Source of the DNA: a virus
Virus record (IMG/VR): IMGVR_UViG_3300048904_000120
Direction: 5' to 3' (one strand)
DNA: 38,858 bases
This document shows, piece after piece, positions 6,507 through 14,031 of the stretch. The notes under the pieces are model-generated. The model saw nothing but the letters and a program-made list of their open reading frames with translations, had not been told where the DNA came from and did no database searches. The translations under genes were made by a program, and so were the position numbers. The number at the start of each line of letters is the position of its first letter. The first letter of the stretch is position 1.

Positions 6507-6585
6507 TCCGCGAAACCCGAGCAAGGTGCATGGGCTTGACTGTTAATCAATGGCTAGCTGAGTTCGATTCTCAGGCGCGGAGCCA
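6507..6585 (+). tRNA. tRNA-like element (Asn-type anticodon loop CUGUUAA, encoded CCA) with a non-canonical cloverleaf
   Basis: T arm CTGAG-TTCGATT-CTCAG. Acceptor TCCGCG(A)/(G)CGCGGA plus G plus CCA. D arm CCCG-11 nt-TGGG. Deviations: A at position 8, a 7-66 mismatch, a 4-bp anticodon stem with a C-T mismatch, and a 6-nt variable loop. Confidence 0.4.
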
Positions 6586-6610
6586 AACAAAAAGCCCGCA
6601 TCGCGCGGGC
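6585..6610 (-). terminator. Intrinsic terminator for the leftward small-ORF cassette
   Basis: GCCCGC-ATCGC-GCGGGC (6594-6610). On the minus strand it is followed by TTTTTGTTT. Confidence 0.65.
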
Positions 6611-6615
6611 CTTAG

Positions 6616-6735
6616 TCATTCATCATCCGGATCTTCCTCCGGTTCTTCGTCATCCTCGCCATCTGTCTCGTTGTAGTAGGCGTCTGCCTCCTGATCGAGC
6701 CAGAAATCGTGGCTGCACTTAAACCGCGCGTTCAC
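6616..6735 (-). CDS. Possible 39-aa protein with an extremely acidic tail
   Basis: The GTG at 6735 lies 6 nt after SD GGAGG. Sequence VNARFKCSHDFWLDQEADAYYNETDGEDDEEPEEDPDDE. Too short for the ORF track. Confidence 0.35.
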   Translation of the reverse strand: MNARFKCSHDFWLDQEADAYYNETDGEDDEEPEEDPDDE

Positions 6736-6895
6736 TGCGCGCCTCCAGTGCGTTAGAGAGGATCTTCAGCATGGCGCGCGCTTCGCCGATTGCGCATGCG
6801 CTCTCGATGGTGATGTGACCGGACTGCGCCAGCTCGCGCAGCTTGTCGATCGTCTCGGCTGCTTGCTTCAGGACGTAATTTTCATAGTTGCTCAT
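6719..6895 (-). CDS. Hypothetical 58-aa helical protein (below the track cutoff)
   Basis: The ATG at 6895 lies 7 nt after GGAG. Sequence MSNYENYVLKQAAETIDKLRELAQSGHITIESACAIGEARAMLKILSNALEARSERAV. It has its own promoter and terminator. Confidence 0.55.
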   Translation of the reverse strand: MSNYENYVLKQAAETIDKLRELAQSGHITIESACAIGEARAMLKILSNALEARSERAV

Positions 6896-6922
6896 GGTTG
6901 GTCTCCGCGTTTGCGTTCAGAT

Positions 6923-6951
6923 ATAATACGTCGCAAGTATTAGAACATCAA
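6923..6951 (-). promoter_or_regulatory. Sigma70-like promoter TTGATG-17-TATTAT with a perfect dyad TAATAC-N7-GTATTA (6924-6942)
   Basis: The -35 is at 6946-6951 and the -10 at 6923-6928 (minus strand). Paralogous to promoter 390-418. Confidence 0.55.
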
Positions 6952-6956
6952 GTTTT

Positions 6957-6966
6957 GTTTGCAAAC
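6957..6966. promoter_or_regulatory. Perfect 10-bp palindrome GTTTGCAAAC between the divergent promoters
   Basis: Seen directly. It lies between the -35 of the leftward promoter and the -35 of the rightward one. Confidence 0.4.
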
Positions 6967-6985
6967 TGTCGACGCCGTGGATGCT

Positions 6986-7014
6986 TTGCGCGTTCGCTCG
7001 CCCACATTTAATAC
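6986..7014 (+). promoter_or_regulatory. Candidate promoter of the rightward block, TTGCGC-17-TAATAC
   Basis: The -35 is at 6986-6991 and the -10 at 7009-7014. A 10/12 dyad TAATAC-N7-GACTTA at 7009-7027 overlaps the -10. Confidence 0.4.
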
Positions 7015-7038
7015 ATTCGCAGACTTATAGGAGCCGCC

Positions 7039-7284
7039 ATGTCTCTCGTATCGCTTGTCGTTGTCGCGCTTGTGTTGCTGCTGTCTGCGCTTGGCGTGCT
7101 GGCTGTTGCGATGCTCGCAATGGACTTCGCGGAGGACGCCGAAGAAATGGCGCTGTGCCTGGATCAAGAGAGCGCGCACGGGGCGTTACTGGGCAGCGTA
7201 GAGAGCGAGAAGCATCGACTGATTGCTGGAGCGATGAAGGCTGATCGCGAGGCGGCACTAAAACGTATCGGGGGCGATGCTTGA
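7039..7284 (+). CDS. Small membrane protein (N-terminal TM helix)
   Basis: SD GGAG. N-terminus LVSLVVVALVLLLSALGVLAVAMLA. The stop overlaps the next start (TGATG). Confidence 0.6.
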   Translation: MSLVSLVVVALVLLLSALGVLAVAMLAMDFAEDAEEMALCLDQESAHGALLGSVESEKHRLIAGAMKADREAALKRIGGDA

Positions 7285-8009
7285 TGGTTGACTTACGACT
7301 TGGCGATTGCCTGGAGGTCATGCAGACGATTGCCGACAAGTCGGTTGATCTGATCTTGTGCGATTTGCCCTACGGCACGACCCGTAACAAGTGGGATTCG
7401 GTCATTCCGCTAGAGCAGTTGTGGTCGCATTACAACCGGATCGCGAAGCCGAATGCTGCTGTGGTGCTGACGGCGCAGGCGCCTTTCGACAAGGTGCTCG
7501 GCGCATCGAACGTCGCCGCGCTCCGGTACGAGTGGATATGGCGCAAAGAGGCGGGGACAGGGTTTCTCAACGCCAAGCGCGCGCCACTGAAAGACCATGA
7601 AAACGTGCTCGTTTTCTATCGCGAGTCGCCGACGTACAACCCTCAGATGCGAACGGGGTTCAAGCCGTATAAGTGCGCACAAGGCAAGACCAAAAGCGCG
7701 AACTACGGTGCGCAATCTGGCGCCGTGACGGAAAGCAGCGGCGAGCGTTACCCGCTAACCGTGCTGGACTTCCCTCGCGACAAGAACAAGGTCCATCCCA
7801 CGCAGAAGCCGGTCGCGCTGTTCGAATACCTGATTCGCACGTACACGAACGAAGGCGACACGGTGCTCGATAACTGCATGGGATCGGGCACTACCGGCGT
7901 TGCCGCAGCTCGCACCGGCCGCAAGTTCATCGGCATCGAGCGCGATCCGGGCTACTTCGCCATCGCGACGAATCGCATTGCTGGCGCTCAGTCATTGGAG
8001 GCTGCTTGA
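7284..8009 (+). CDS. DNA methyltransferase (beta-class N6-adenine / N4-cytosine type)
   Basis: Motif IV DLPYG (DLILCDLPYGTT) lies upstream of motif I NCMGSGTTGVAAARTGRKFIGIE. Confidence 0.9.
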   Translation: MVDLRLGDCLEVMQTIADKSVDLILCDLPYGTTRNKWDSVIPLEQLWSHYNRIAKPNAAVVLTAQAPFDKVLGASNVAALRYEWIWRKEAGTGFLNAKRAPLKDHENVLVFYRESPTYNPQMRTGFKPYKCAQGKTKSANYGAQSGAVTESSGERYPLTVLDFPRDKNKVHPTQKPVALFEYLIRTYTNEGDTVLDNCMGSGTTGVAAARTGRKFIGIERDPGYFAIATNRIAGAQSLEAA

Positions 8010-8905
8010 TCGATTACCAGAAGGCCATTGAGACGCACGGCAGCATCAAGGCTGCAGCTCGGGCAAGCGGCATCGCAGAGACGACGTTTCGCGATCGCAT
8101 GAAGGCGGCGAAGCATCAAGACGTGGTGCTGACACTGACGGAAAAGAAGCTGACGAACCGGCTTGCGATTCGCAACGGATCGATCGTCGTCGGCTCTGAC
8201 GCTCACTACTCGCCGAAGCTGGTCACGACCGCGCACAAGGCGTTCTGCAATGTGATCGCGGAGCACGCGAGCGATATCAAGGCCGTGATCCTGAACGGCG
8301 ACCTGCTCGACGGCGCACGTATCTCGAAACACGCCCGTATTGGCTGGCAAAAGACGTGCAGCGTCAAGGACGAGCTAGAGGTGGTGCAGGACCGCTTAGG
8401 CGAGATCGAGGCCGCTGCGCGCGGTATGAAGCTGCTGCGCACGATCGGAAACCATGACGTGAGATTCGACAGCCGCCTGGCTCACTCTGCGCCGGAATAC
8501 GAAGGCATCGCAGGGTTCGCGCTCGCTGACCATCTGCCGGCGTGGAAAGACTCATACAGGATCGACGTCAATGACGACACAGTCATCATCCATTCCGTCG
8601 CAAACGGGATGCACGCAGCCTATAACAACGTCGTCAAGGGTGCCGGATACCACGTCATTACCGGACACACACACCGTCTTCAAGCCGTTCAATTTCGAGG
8701 TTTTGGGCGTCTACGCTACGGAATCGAAACCGGCATGCTCGCCGACCCAAGCCAAGACGAATTTCATTACCTGACCGGCCGCAATGCGAACTGGCAGAGC
8801 GGCTTTGCGCTGCTGACGTGGCGTGATGGCGAGTTGCTGCATCCAGAGTTCTGCTCGGTGCGGGATGACGGCAAGGCGTACTTCCGTGGACAGAGGATGG
8901 CATGA
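8006..8905 (+). CDS. HTH-fused metallophosphoesterase (Mre11/SbcD-style GNHD motif set)
   Basis: TTG start after GGAGG. N-terminal HTH GSIKAAARASGIAETTFRDRMK. Motifs GSDAH, NGDLLDG, GNHD and GHTH. Confidence 0.6.
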   Translation: MIDYQKAIETHGSIKAAARASGIAETTFRDRMKAAKHQDVVLTLTEKKLTNRLAIRNGSIVVGSDAHYSPKLVTTAHKAFCNVIAEHASDIKAVILNGDLLDGARISKHARIGWQKTCSVKDELEVVQDRLGEIEAAARGMKLLRTIGNHDVRFDSRLAHSAPEYEGIAGFALADHLPAWKDSYRIDVNDDTVIIHSVANGMHAAYNNVVKGAGYHVITGHTHRLQAVQFRGFGRLRYGIETGMLADPSQDEFHYLTGRNANWQSGFALLTWRDGELLHPEFCSVRDDGKAYFRGQRMA

Positions 8906-9114
8906 GAACACTTGCGCCGCACGAAGACCTAGACACGGTTGCTGATGCGTTCGCAATTGTGATCGGCCATCTGATTAACGATGGCGTCGTAGAGGTAGGA
9001 GACGACGCTTTCGCCATGCTGTCGCAACGCGCGATGCAATACGACGAGGACGAATACGCCGGGCTGATCGAGACGGCGATACAGATCATTGCTCGCGCAA
9101 GCGTGGCGCACTAA
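8902..9114 (+). CDS. Hypothetical acidic 70-aa protein
   Basis: Track ORF with ATGA coupling to the upstream gene. Confidence 0.55.
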   Translation: MRTLAPHEDLDTVADAFAIVIGHLINDGVVEVGDDAFAMLSQRAMQYDEDEYAGLIETAIQIIARASVAH

Positions 9115-9242
9115 TTCATCACCCCAGGCACAGGTGGGCAAACAGTGTCAGCCGCACAGGTGTTGGAAGCGTCCCTGTCTCCGCCCGCAAGGGAACTCTA
9201 GGGCGCGCCGGGTGCGGCATCTTCTCAACTATTGGAGCGCGC

Positions 9243-9422
9243 ATGAAGGAAAAGGACTTTTCGCAGTCGTTCGATGCTGTCGATTGGGCGAAGGCGTTCA
9301 TGAAGATCGTCATTGACGGCAATGTGCGCATCGACGAGGCGCTCATGGTGGCATGGTTTGCCAATGCGATCATGCGCGGATATGACTACCGTGATGCAGA
9401 AGTGCGCGCCGCACTCACATAG
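9243..9422 (+). CDS. Hypothetical 59-aa protein (just below the track cutoff)
   Basis: ATG after TGGAGC. Sequence MKEKDFSQSFDAVDWAKAFMKIVIDGNVRIDEALMVAWFANAIMRGYDYRDAEVRAALT. Confidence 0.45.
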   Translation: MKEKDFSQSFDAVDWAKAFMKIVIDGNVRIDEALMVAWFANAIMRGYDYRDAEVRAALT

Positions 9423-9470
9423 ACCGATCCCCGCGCGCTTGCGGCATCTTCTCAACCGACTGGAGCAGAC

Positions 9471-9596
9471 ATGGGAACCTTTTTGACGATCTTTGCCGTT
9501 GGGCCATTCGTGCTAATTGGCGCGGCAATCAGCGCATTTCTGTGGTTCTGGATCGCGGCTCTGGCGTTCGGCTTTATCCGAAGCGTATTCAGGTAA
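9471..9596 (+). CDS. Possible 41-aa hydrophobic peptide
   Basis: ATG after TGGAGC. Sequence MGTFLTIFAVGPFVLIGAAISAFLWFWIAALAFGFIRSVFR. It has the same upstream motif as the 59-aa ORF. Confidence 0.4.
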   Translation: MGTFLTIFAVGPFVLIGAAISAFLWFWIAALAFGFIRSVFR

Positions 9597-9767
9597 CCCT
9601 TTCGCGCGCTCCTGGTCAGGGCAGGAACCCGGCAACACATACGGGCCGGTGAGCGCGCACCTAACACGCGGGAATGTCGCAGGCACGCCGTGCAGTAGAT
9701 GCGTGCTGACAGCCGGGAAAGCACCGGCATCCCTCAAAAGTAGATAGATTTAGACGGAAATAGACAC

Positions 9768-10079
9768 ATGGCTAAAGGTGTGAAAACCGGCGGCCGAGTC
9801 AGAGGAACGCCGAACAAGATCACGGCCGATATCCGTGCGCTCGCACAGAACCACACGGAGACGGCAATCGCAATGCTGGCCACGATCTTGACGACGAGCG
9901 AGAACGATTCGGCCCGCATCGCGGCGGCAAAAGAGCTGCTTGACCGCGGATATGGCAAGTCCACGCAGGCGGTTGAAATGTCCGGCAAGGACGGCGACCC
10001 GATCGCCATTACCAAGATCGAGCGCGTAATTGTCGATACTCCAAATTCAAACACCGCGGGTGTTCGTCCCGCTACTTGA
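9768..10079 (+). CDS. Putative terminase small subunit
   Basis: 103 aa, with the basic N-terminus KGVKTGGRVRGTPNK. It lies immediately upstream of terL and overlaps it. Confidence 0.5.
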   Translation: MAKGVKTGGRVRGTPNKITADIRALAQNHTETAIAMLATILTTSENDSARIAAAKELLDRGYGKSTQAVEMSGKDGDPIAITKIERVIVDTPNSNTAGVRPAT

Positions 10080-11265
10080 GCCTGCGCGCTACAAGGGCGG
10101 TCACGGCGGCCGCGGCTCGGGCAAGTCGCATTTCTTCGGTGAAATGCTGATCGAGCGCTCGGTGATGGAAAAGACGGACGCTGTATGTGTTCGTGAGGTG
10201 CAGAAGTCGCTCAAGCAATCGGTTAAGAAACTGCTCGAAGGCAAGATCGAGGCGTTGAACGCTGGCGCTTACTTCGATGTGCAGGACGCACAGATCAAGT
10301 CGACGCACGGCGGGCTGATTATGTTCCAGGGTATGCAGAACCATACCGCGGAGACGATCAAGTCGCTGGAAGGCTTCGATATCGCGTGGGTCGAGGAAGC
10401 GCAGTCGCTTAGTCAACGCTCGCTCGATCTGTTGCGCCCGACTATTCGTAAGCCGGGATCGGAACTCTGGTTCTCGTGGAATCCGAGCGCGGCAACAGAT
10501 CCGGTCGACGCCTTACTTCGTTGCGCTGAGCCGCCGCCTGGCTCGGTCATCGTCGAGGCGAACTACATGGACAATCCGTGGCTCCCTGATGAGCTGCGCA
10601 TTGAAATGGAGTACGACAAGCGCCGCGACCCGGACAAGTACGCGCATATCTGGCTTGGCAAGTACCAGCAGAACAGCGAGGCGCGAGTATTCAAGAACTG
10701 GCGCATCGAGGAATTCGAACGGCCGGCGGGCACCATTCATCGATTGGGTGCGGACTGGGGATTCTCGGTCGATCCGTCCGTGCTGATTCGATGCGATATC
10801 GAAGGCAACCTTCTGTACGTGGATTATGAAGCGTACATGGTCGGCTGCGAGATCGTGAACTTGCCGGAACTGTTCATGAGCGTTCCCGACGCTGAGAAGT
10901 GGCCGATCACGGCTGACTCTGCGCGGCCGGAAACGATCAGCCACATGCAGAAGAACGGCTTTCCGAAGATTCGGCCGGCAATCAAGGGCGCGAAGTCGCT
11001 GGAAGAGGGCGTTGAATTCCTGAAGTCGTTCGACATCATTGTTCATCCGCGCTGCAAGCATCTGATCGATGAACTCTCGCTCTACAAGTACAAGGAAGAC
11101 CCGTTGACGGGCGCCATCCTGCCGATTCTCGAAGACAAGGATAACCACGTCATCGACGCGCTGCGGTACGCCTGTGAGGGCGCACGACGCGCTGGCAAGG
11201 CTCCGAAACCCTCTAAACCTGTAGTCCGCCGCACCGTTGTTGGTAACGGCGGCTGGATGGGCTAG
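10030..11265 (+). CDS. terL: Terminase large subunit (PBSX/Terminase_3-like)
   Basis: Walker A GGRGSGKSH near the N-terminus. Its size and its position before the portal gene fit. The TTG start is taken from the track. Confidence 0.85.
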   Translation: MSILQIQTPRVFVPLLEPARYKGGHGGRGSGKSHFFGEMLIERSVMEKTDAVCVREVQKSLKQSVKKLLEGKIEALNAGAYFDVQDAQIKSTHGGLIMFQGMQNHTAETIKSLEGFDIAWVEEAQSLSQRSLDLLRPTIRKPGSELWFSWNPSAATDPVDALLRCAEPPPGSVIVEANYMDNPWLPDELRIEMEYDKRRDPDKYAHIWLGKYQQNSEARVFKNWRIEEFERPAGTIHRLGADWGFSVDPSVLIRCDIEGNLLYVDYEAYMVGCEIVNLPELFMSVPDAEKWPITADSARPETISHMQKNGFPKIRPAIKGAKSLEEGVEFLKSFDIIVHPRCKHLIDELSLYKYKEDPLTGAILPILEDKDNHVIDALRYACEGARRAGKAPKPSKPVVRRTVVGNGGWMG

Positions 11266-11510
11266 GAGTTCTCTATTGCCAATAGGGCGTCATGAGCGGC
11301 GCCGCGTGTTCGGGCAAGGAAGTCTTCCAGTGTTCCGTATGCGACTGGTTCCCGGTGCGTCGCAAAGTATTGCTTACCGTTAATGACGGTATGCCACGAG
11401 CCGACCCATTCGTCGCGCTCGATATGGTAGTCCCCAATCTCGCGCATGTCGTCTATGTATTGGGCGTGAAAGCTGCCGCCATCAGGCAGCGGAAGTGTTT
11501 TTGCGTCCAT
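11262..11510 (-). CDS. Reverse-oriented hypothetical 82-aa protein (moron between terL and portal)
   Basis: Track ORF 11262-12017 trimmed to the ATG at 11510, which follows SD AAGAGG. The rest of that ORF is antisense to the portal gene. Confidence 0.55.
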   Translation of the reverse strand: MDAKTLPLPDGGSFHAQYIDDMREIGDYHIERDEWVGSWHTVINGKQYFATHREPVAYGTLEDFLARTRGAAHDALLAIENS

Positions 11511-11573
11511 TAGATGCCTCTTAGTTAGATCGTCAGATTGCCACTGGCAGGAACGACAGTCAACAGGATTAAT

Positions 11574-13691
11574 ATGGCTAGGAAGCCGAAAGAAGACCCC
11601 AAAGCGAAGATTGTCGCCGAGGCGAAAGAGCGTTTCGCGCGATGCGAGGAAGCGGAAAGCGATTTCCGCAAGCGCTTCGTCGAAGACCTGAAGTTTGCCA
11701 ATGGCGACGCCGACAACGGCTGGCAATGGCCCGATCAGATCCGCAATGCACGCGAAGGCGATCAGCGGCCATGTCTGACGATCAACAAGACACGTCAGCA
11801 CAATCTCCAGATCATCAACGATGCGAAGCAGAACAAGCCGTCGGTCAAGACGCTCCCGGTCGACGGCGACGCGGACATTGAAATCGCGAAGATTCTTGAC
11901 GGCATTATTCGTCACATCGAATACAACAGCCACGCCGAGATTGTGTATGACACGGCGACTGAGTTCGCGGTACAGGGTGGCATTGGTTACTGGCGCGTTG
12001 TCACAGAGTACGCGCATGACGGCTCTTTCGATCAGGAAATCTTCCTCCGCCGCGTCAAGAACCCGCTAACGGTCTATCTTGATCCGGATATCGAATCCGC
12101 GGACGGCTCAGACGCGAAGTACGGCTTCGTGTTCGAGCAGATGACGAAGGCTGAATTCGAGGCGACGTATCCTGGCGAGAAGGCTGCCGATGTGCAATTC
12201 GGTGATGACTCGTCGAAGGGCGATTGGATCGGCAAAGACAAGATCCGCGTCTGCGAGTACTTCCGCAAGACGAGCAAGAGCGACACGCTTGTTGCGCATC
12301 CAGAGCTTGGCGCGGTCATGCTGTCCGATCTGCCGCCCGATGAGCAGAAGAGGGTTGAGGGCGACGCTTCAATCCAGCGTCGCACGGTCAGCACGCCGCA
12401 GATGACCTGGTATCTGCTCGCCGGCGACACGATCATCGACGAAAAGCCGTGGCCCGGTCGGTATATCCCGATTGTGCGCGTGATCGGCGAAGAGATCGTC
12501 ATCGATGGCAAGGTCGAGCGCAAGGGCCACACGCGCAGCATGAAAGATGCGCAGCGCATGTACAACTACATGTCGTCGGCTCAAGTCGAGTACATCGCGC
12601 TTCAGACGAAGACGCCATTCGTCGGCCCGATTGAGGCGTTCGAGGGCTTCGAATCCGAGTGGGCTAACGCAAACAAAGACAACCTTCCGTATCTGCCTTA
12701 CAACGGCCTGCGCGATGACGGGCAGCAGATCGAGCGTCCGCAGCGCGAGCAGCCGCCTGTAGGCGCTTCTGCGTATCTGCAAGGCATGCAGACCGCGCAG
12801 CAAGAGCTAATGATGGCGTCCGGCCAGTATCAAGAGCAGTTCGGGCAGCAATCGAACGCTCAAGCCGGCGTTGCGATTCAGGCTCGGCAGCGTCAAGGCG
12901 ATCGCGCGACGTATCACTTCATCGACAACGTTGCTCGCTCGATCCGCTATACCGGCCGCGTGCTGATCGACCTTATCCCGAAGATTTACGACACGGCGCG
13001 AGTCGTGCGGATCTTGGGCGAGGACGGTACAGAGACATTCGCGCAGTTCGATCCGAGCCAGCCGCATCCGGTTTCAACGCCTGATGGACAGCCGGCGCCG
13101 CCGCAGGACCAGCGCGACCATCTGAAGGACGTGCAACTGATCTACAACCCAGGCATCGGCCGCTATGACGTGACCGTCGAGGTTGGCCCGAACTACGAGA
13201 CGCGCAGACAGGAAGCATTCAACGCGCTGACGCAGATCATGAGCCAGGACCAGGAGTTGATGAAGGTTGCCGGCGACCTGCTGTTCAAGGCCGCTGACTT
13301 CCCGATGGCTGACGAGGTTGCCGAGCGTCTGCACCGCACGATCCCGCCTGCGATCTTGGGCGAAGGTCCGTCGCCTGAGATGCAGGACGCCACGCAGAAG
13401 ATGCAGCACATGGGCCAGATGATCGAGCACTTGACGCAGCAGCTTCAGCAGGCGCAGCAGGGCAAGGAGCAGCAGGACACGAACATCAAGGCGTATGACG
13501 CCGAGACGAAGCGCCTGCAAGCACTCGGTCAGCCGCTTGATCCGCAAGTCGTTGCGCATGTGGCTACGCAAGTCGTCATGCAGATGATGCAGACCGGCTC
13601 GCCAGAAGGTAGTCCACCGCCTGACCCATCGCAACAGATGCAACAACCCCCGAACCCGCCGAGTGCGGGTTTTTCTTTGCCCGCTCAATAA
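11574..13691 (+). CDS. Portal protein
   Basis: About 705 aa, located after terL. The ATG at 11574 follows AGGA. Q-rich C-terminal tail. Confidence 0.85.
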   Translation: MARKPKEDPKAKIVAEAKERFARCEEAESDFRKRFVEDLKFANGDADNGWQWPDQIRNAREGDQRPCLTINKTRQHNLQIINDAKQNKPSVKTLPVDGDADIEIAKILDGIIRHIEYNSHAEIVYDTATEFAVQGGIGYWRVVTEYAHDGSFDQEIFLRRVKNPLTVYLDPDIESADGSDAKYGFVFEQMTKAEFEATYPGEKAADVQFGDDSSKGDWIGKDKIRVCEYFRKTSKSDTLVAHPELGAVMLSDLPPDEQKRVEGDASIQRRTVSTPQMTWYLLAGDTIIDEKPWPGRYIPIVRVIGEEIVIDGKVERKGHTRSMKDAQRMYNYMSSAQVEYIALQTKTPFVGPIEAFEGFESEWANANKDNLPYLPYNGLRDDGQQIERPQREQPPVGASAYLQGMQTAQQELMMASGQYQEQFGQQSNAQAGVAIQARQRQGDRATYHFIDNVARSIRYTGRVLIDLIPKIYDTARVVRILGEDGTETFAQFDPSQPHPVSTPDGQPAPPQDQRDHLKDVQLIYNPGIGRYDVTVEVGPNYETRRQEAFNALTQIMSQDQELMKVAGDLLFKAADFPMADEVAERLHRTIPPAILGEGPSPEMQDATQKMQHMGQMIEHLTQQLQQAQQGKEQQDTNIKAYDAETKRLQALGQPLDPQVVAHVATQVVMQMMQTGSPEGSPPPDPSQQMQQPPNPPSAGFSLPAQ

Positions 13692-13700
13692 GGAACAAGA

Positions 13701-14009
13701 ATGGCCGGATACATCGGGATTTTGCAGGACGGCTCTAACCAGACGCCGGTAAGCACGCTTTTCGTCATTCGACAGACGCTGACGCCTGCATCGGTCGGCG
13801 CTAACACGAGTGCAGAGCAGACATTCGCGGTGCCCGGCCTCCAGGTTGGCGACTCGATCGACATCAACAAGGCGTCGCATCAAGTCGGCTTGTCTATCGG
13901 CAACGTGCGCGTCTCCGCGGCGAACACGCTGGCGATCCAGTTCGTGAATACGACTGGCAGCCCGATCGTGCCGACGAGTGAGCAATACATCATCGGCGGC
14001 CAGCGCTAA
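13701..14009 (+). CDS. Hypothetical virion-module protein (102 aa)
   Basis: Good SD (GGAA), located between portal and scaffold, and followed by a terminator. Confidence 0.6.
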   Translation: MAGYIGILQDGSNQTPVSTLFVIRQTLTPASVGANTSAEQTFAVPGLQVGDSIDINKASHQVGLSIGNVRVSAANTLAIQFVNTTGSPIVPTSEQYIIGGQR

Positions 14010-14031
14010 CGCCTGACCGCATCAGTTTCGA

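Larger units (their letters stand above)
9213..9737 (+). repeat. Three same-orientation copies of CGGCATC-YY-CTCAA upstream of terS
   Basis: TGCGGCATCTTCTCAAC occurs at 9213-9229 and 9440-9456, and CGGCATCCCTCAA at 9725-9737. A partial CGGCATC lies at 14072-14078. GCACAGGTG also occurs twice (9128-9136, 9154-9162). Confidence 0.7.

Noticed and set aside
6507-6585. The tRNA-like segment as the attP core of an integrating prophage
   Set aside because: There is no integrase or excisionase anywhere in the closed genome, whereas a partition cassette is present. The idea is kept only as a minor alternative that a BLAST against host tRNAs could revive.
6896-7038. A LexA (SOS) box controlling the small-ORF cassette or the rightward promoter
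   Set aside because: No CTGT-N8-ACAG pattern is present here or at the other early promoters. The palindrome GTTTGCAAAC does not fit the LexA consensus.
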